This document shows, one piece after another, positions 61,865-64,000 of a DNA stretch of 64,000 nt. The DNA lies in contig OY970368.1 in NCBI GenBank assembly GCA_963718615.1, positions 3,744,001-3,808,000 on the forward strand, read 5' to 3'. How positions within the stretch are numbered: position 1 is the first letter of the stretch; each line of letters starts with the position of its first letter. A model generated the notes under the pieces. That model had not been told where the DNA came from. It saw only the letters and a program-made list of their open reading frames with translations, and made no database searches. The position numbers and the translations under genes were made by a program. Origin of the DNA: an uncultured cyanobacterium (lineage in GTDB: Bacteria; Cyanobacteriota; Cyanobacteriia; PCC-9006; JAAUQQ01).

Positions 61865-62257
61865 GTGGTCCAGGTTAGCCCAGCAGCTCAACAAGAATTA
61901 CTGCGCCTTTGCCGACGCAAGCTGGCGCAACGCGATGCTTCTCTCGATATTGCGATCGCCCCCGTTCGCTTGGCGATCGCCCCTGGAGGCTGCAAAGGTC
62001 ACCAATACCAACTCGACATCGGCGTCCAGCCTCAGCCCGAAGACCACGTCACGATTTACCAACCCTCTCCTAAAACATCTTCCTCTAGAAACTCATCTAA
62101 GACAGCACTACAAATTCTTGTACATCCCAAAGATTGGGACTGGCTAGAAACCGTTATTCTTGACTATAGTGAAGATCTGATGGGGGGCAACTTTCGATTC
62201 GTGAATGCCAAGCTGCCTGCGGCCTGTAGCTGTGGTCAGTCCTTTACGCTTCCCTAG
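61865..62257 (+). CDS. HesB/IscA family Fe-S cluster assembly accessory protein
   Basis: GGCKG, LDYSEDLMGGNFRF, CSCGQSF. Confidence 0.88.
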   Translation: MVQVSPAAQQELLRLCRRKLAQRDASLDIAIAPVRLAIAPGGCKGHQYQLDIGVQPQPEDHVTIYQPSPKTSSSRNSSKTALQILVHPKDWDWLETVILDYSEDLMGGNFRFVNAKLPAACSCGQSFTLP

Positions 62258-62417
62258 GAGAGCTTCCCCTAGGAGACTTCACCTCGATACCCCTCTATCC
62301 CAATCCCATTCCACAACAGGAACCGTTTCAGCAAATCATTGACAGATGAGCGCTTGATACGATACACCTAGAGATTGGAAATTTGAGCCAAAACGCCAGT
62401 TATTCTTACCCTAACCA

Positions 62418-62792
62418 ATGCCTACTATTCAGCAGCTCATTCGAGACGAGCGCCAAAGCCTAACTAAAAAGACCAAATCCCCAGCCCTGAAAAGTTGTCC
62501 TCAGCGTCGCGGAGTGTGTACTCGCGTTTACACAACGACGCCGAAGAAACCCAATTCAGCGCTTCGGAAAGTGGCGCGTGTCCGTTTGACCTCTGGATTT
62601 GAAGTCACTGCCTATATCCCTGGCATTGGTCATAATCTACAAGAACACTCTGTTGTGATGATTCGCGGGGGTCGGGTCAAGGATCTTCCTGGGGTTCGTT
62701 ACCATATTATTCGCGGCACACTTGACACCGCTGGCGTAAAGGATCGCCGTCAAGGTCGTTCGAAGTACGGGGCTAAACGGCCTAAACAATAG
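62418..62792 (+). CDS. rpsL: 30S ribosomal protein S12
   Basis: [31 protein letters not shown]. Confidence 0.99.
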   Translation: MPTIQQLIRDERQSLTKKTKSPALKSCPQRRGVCTRVYTTTPKKPNSALRKVARVRLTSGFEVTAYIPGIGHNLQEHSVVMIRGGRVKDLPGVRYHIIRGTLDTAGVKDRRQGRSKYGAKRPKQ

Positions 62793-63073
62793 GGGTTCGT
62801 CAGGCATTAATCCTTCGACACAAACCAGACGACGCAAACCAGACGTATCTGAGCCCCTCAGCCTATCGGGATCGGCAGTGTTGCACAACGCCATAGGCCG
62901 CTTCAGGAATCCCCCTCAAAGCTTTGATTGCAGCTCGATTACAGCTTTAGTGGGCAGGGCTTCTAGGGGATGGGTGCAGTGGGCGATCGCCCAAGCACAC
63001 CACCCTCATCAATGCTCTCCCACAGTCTGCCCAAAAACTCAACAATTGACTGTTACCTTAGGAACTTTTTGTT

Positions 63074-63544
63074 ATGTCTCGCCGTACCCGTGCACCCAAG
63101 CGACAGGTCCAACCCGATCCCGTCTACGGCAGCCGCCTTGCCAGCATGATTGTGGCTCGCCTTATGAAGAGCGGCAAGCGTTCGATCGCGTTTCATATTC
63201 TCTATGACGCCTTCAAACTGATTGAGGAACGGACAGGCGGCGAACCCGTAGAAATTTTTGAAAAAGCCGTTCGGAACGCAACCCCCCTCGTAGAAGTTCG
63301 AGCCCGTCGCGTAGGTGGTGCCACCTACCAAGTCCCCATGGAAGTGAGACCCGAACGGGGCACAGCGATGGCCCTACGTTGGTTAGTCCAGTTCTCCCGC
63401 CAGCGTCCCGGTAAAAGCATGGCGATCCGCCTAGCCAACGAACTCATGGATGCCGCCAATGAAACTGGTAACGCCATTCGCCGTCGCGAAGAAACTCACC
63501 GGATGGCAGAGGCCAACAAGGCATTTGCTCACTATCGTTACTAA
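63074..63544 (+). CDS. rpsG: 30S ribosomal protein S7
   Basis: [26 protein letters not shown]. Confidence 0.99.
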   Translation: MSRRTRAPKRQVQPDPVYGSRLASMIVARLMKSGKRSIAFHILYDAFKLIEERTGGEPVEIFEKAVRNATPLVEVRARRVGGATYQVPMEVRPERGTAMALRWLVQFSRQRPGKSMAIRLANELMDAANETGNAIRRREETHRMAEANKAFAHYRY

Positions 63545-63673
63545 GGCCCCTGACCGAGACACCTTAAGACAGGGCACAATATTGGGCCTTTACCCCTATC
63601 GGTGTTCTCGGTCGTTCGCCCGCGTGTTGAGCTCATCTCGATAGGCTTAACCGCAACTTTGAAGGAGGAAGCT

Positions 63674-64000
63674 GTGGCACGTGAATTCCCGCTTGAAAGA
63701 GTCCGCAACATCGGTATTGCGGCGCATATAGATGCAGGCAAAACCACTACGACAGAGCGTATTCTGTTCTACTCCGGCGTTGTGCACAAAATTGGTGAAG
63801 TGCATGACGGTAATGCTGTGACCGATTGGATGGAGCAAGAACGCGAGCGAGGTATCACTATCACTGCAGCGGCCATCAGCACCTCCTGGAAACGCCGAGA
63901 TGCAGAGCAACCGACCGAAGCCCAAGCCGATGCTCTAGAGCATCGCATCAATATCATTGACACACCAGGACACGTTGATTTCACCATCGAAGTCGAGCGC
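63674..64000 (+). CDS. fusA: Elongation factor G, 5' part truncated by window edge
   Basis: GTG start after AGGAGG; [40 protein letters not shown]. Confidence 0.98.
   Translation, partial: MAREFPLERVRNIGIAAHIDAGKTTTTERILFYSGVVHKIGEVHDGNAVTDWMEQERERGITITAAAISTSWKRRDAEQPTEAQADALEHRINIIDTPGHVDFTIEVER

Larger units (their letters stand above)
1..64000. repeat. HIP1 (GCGATCGC) highly iterated palindrome dispersed through the window
   Basis: Very frequent occurrences, often extended to GGGCGATCGCCC (not counted exactly). Confidence 0.95.

Noticed and set aside
1-64000. tRNA, rRNA or IS transposase genes
   Set aside because: None recognised in the intergenic regions or ORF translations

Overview
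Cyanobacterial chromosomal window, indicated by dense HIP1 GCGATCGC sites, a CAB-domain ferrochelatase, Fd-GOGAT, Uma2 genes and a Nif11-leader peptide. Most of it is housekeeping: leuS, gluQ (frameshifted), rsmE, ABC-F, a sugar ABC transporter, hemH, ruvA, cobA/hemD, coaE, pfkA, glsF and rpsL-rpsG-fusA. It also carries signalling proteins and several intact or decaying toxin-antitoxin modules. The most interesting block is about 27.0-32.6 kb. It holds a spliceotide-type RiPP cluster: a Nif11 precursor with three QPMYGV cores and a Pro/Arg-rich linker, a radical SAM/SPASM splicease and a small PlpY-like partner. This cluster meets, tail to tail and with overlap, a three-gene operon encoding a YgiB/DUF1190 lipoprotein, a divergent glutathionylspermidine-synthase-like ATP-grasp ligase and a ferritin-like diiron protein. 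I do not recognise that last combination as a described system. All calls come from visual motif recognition; no database searches were run.
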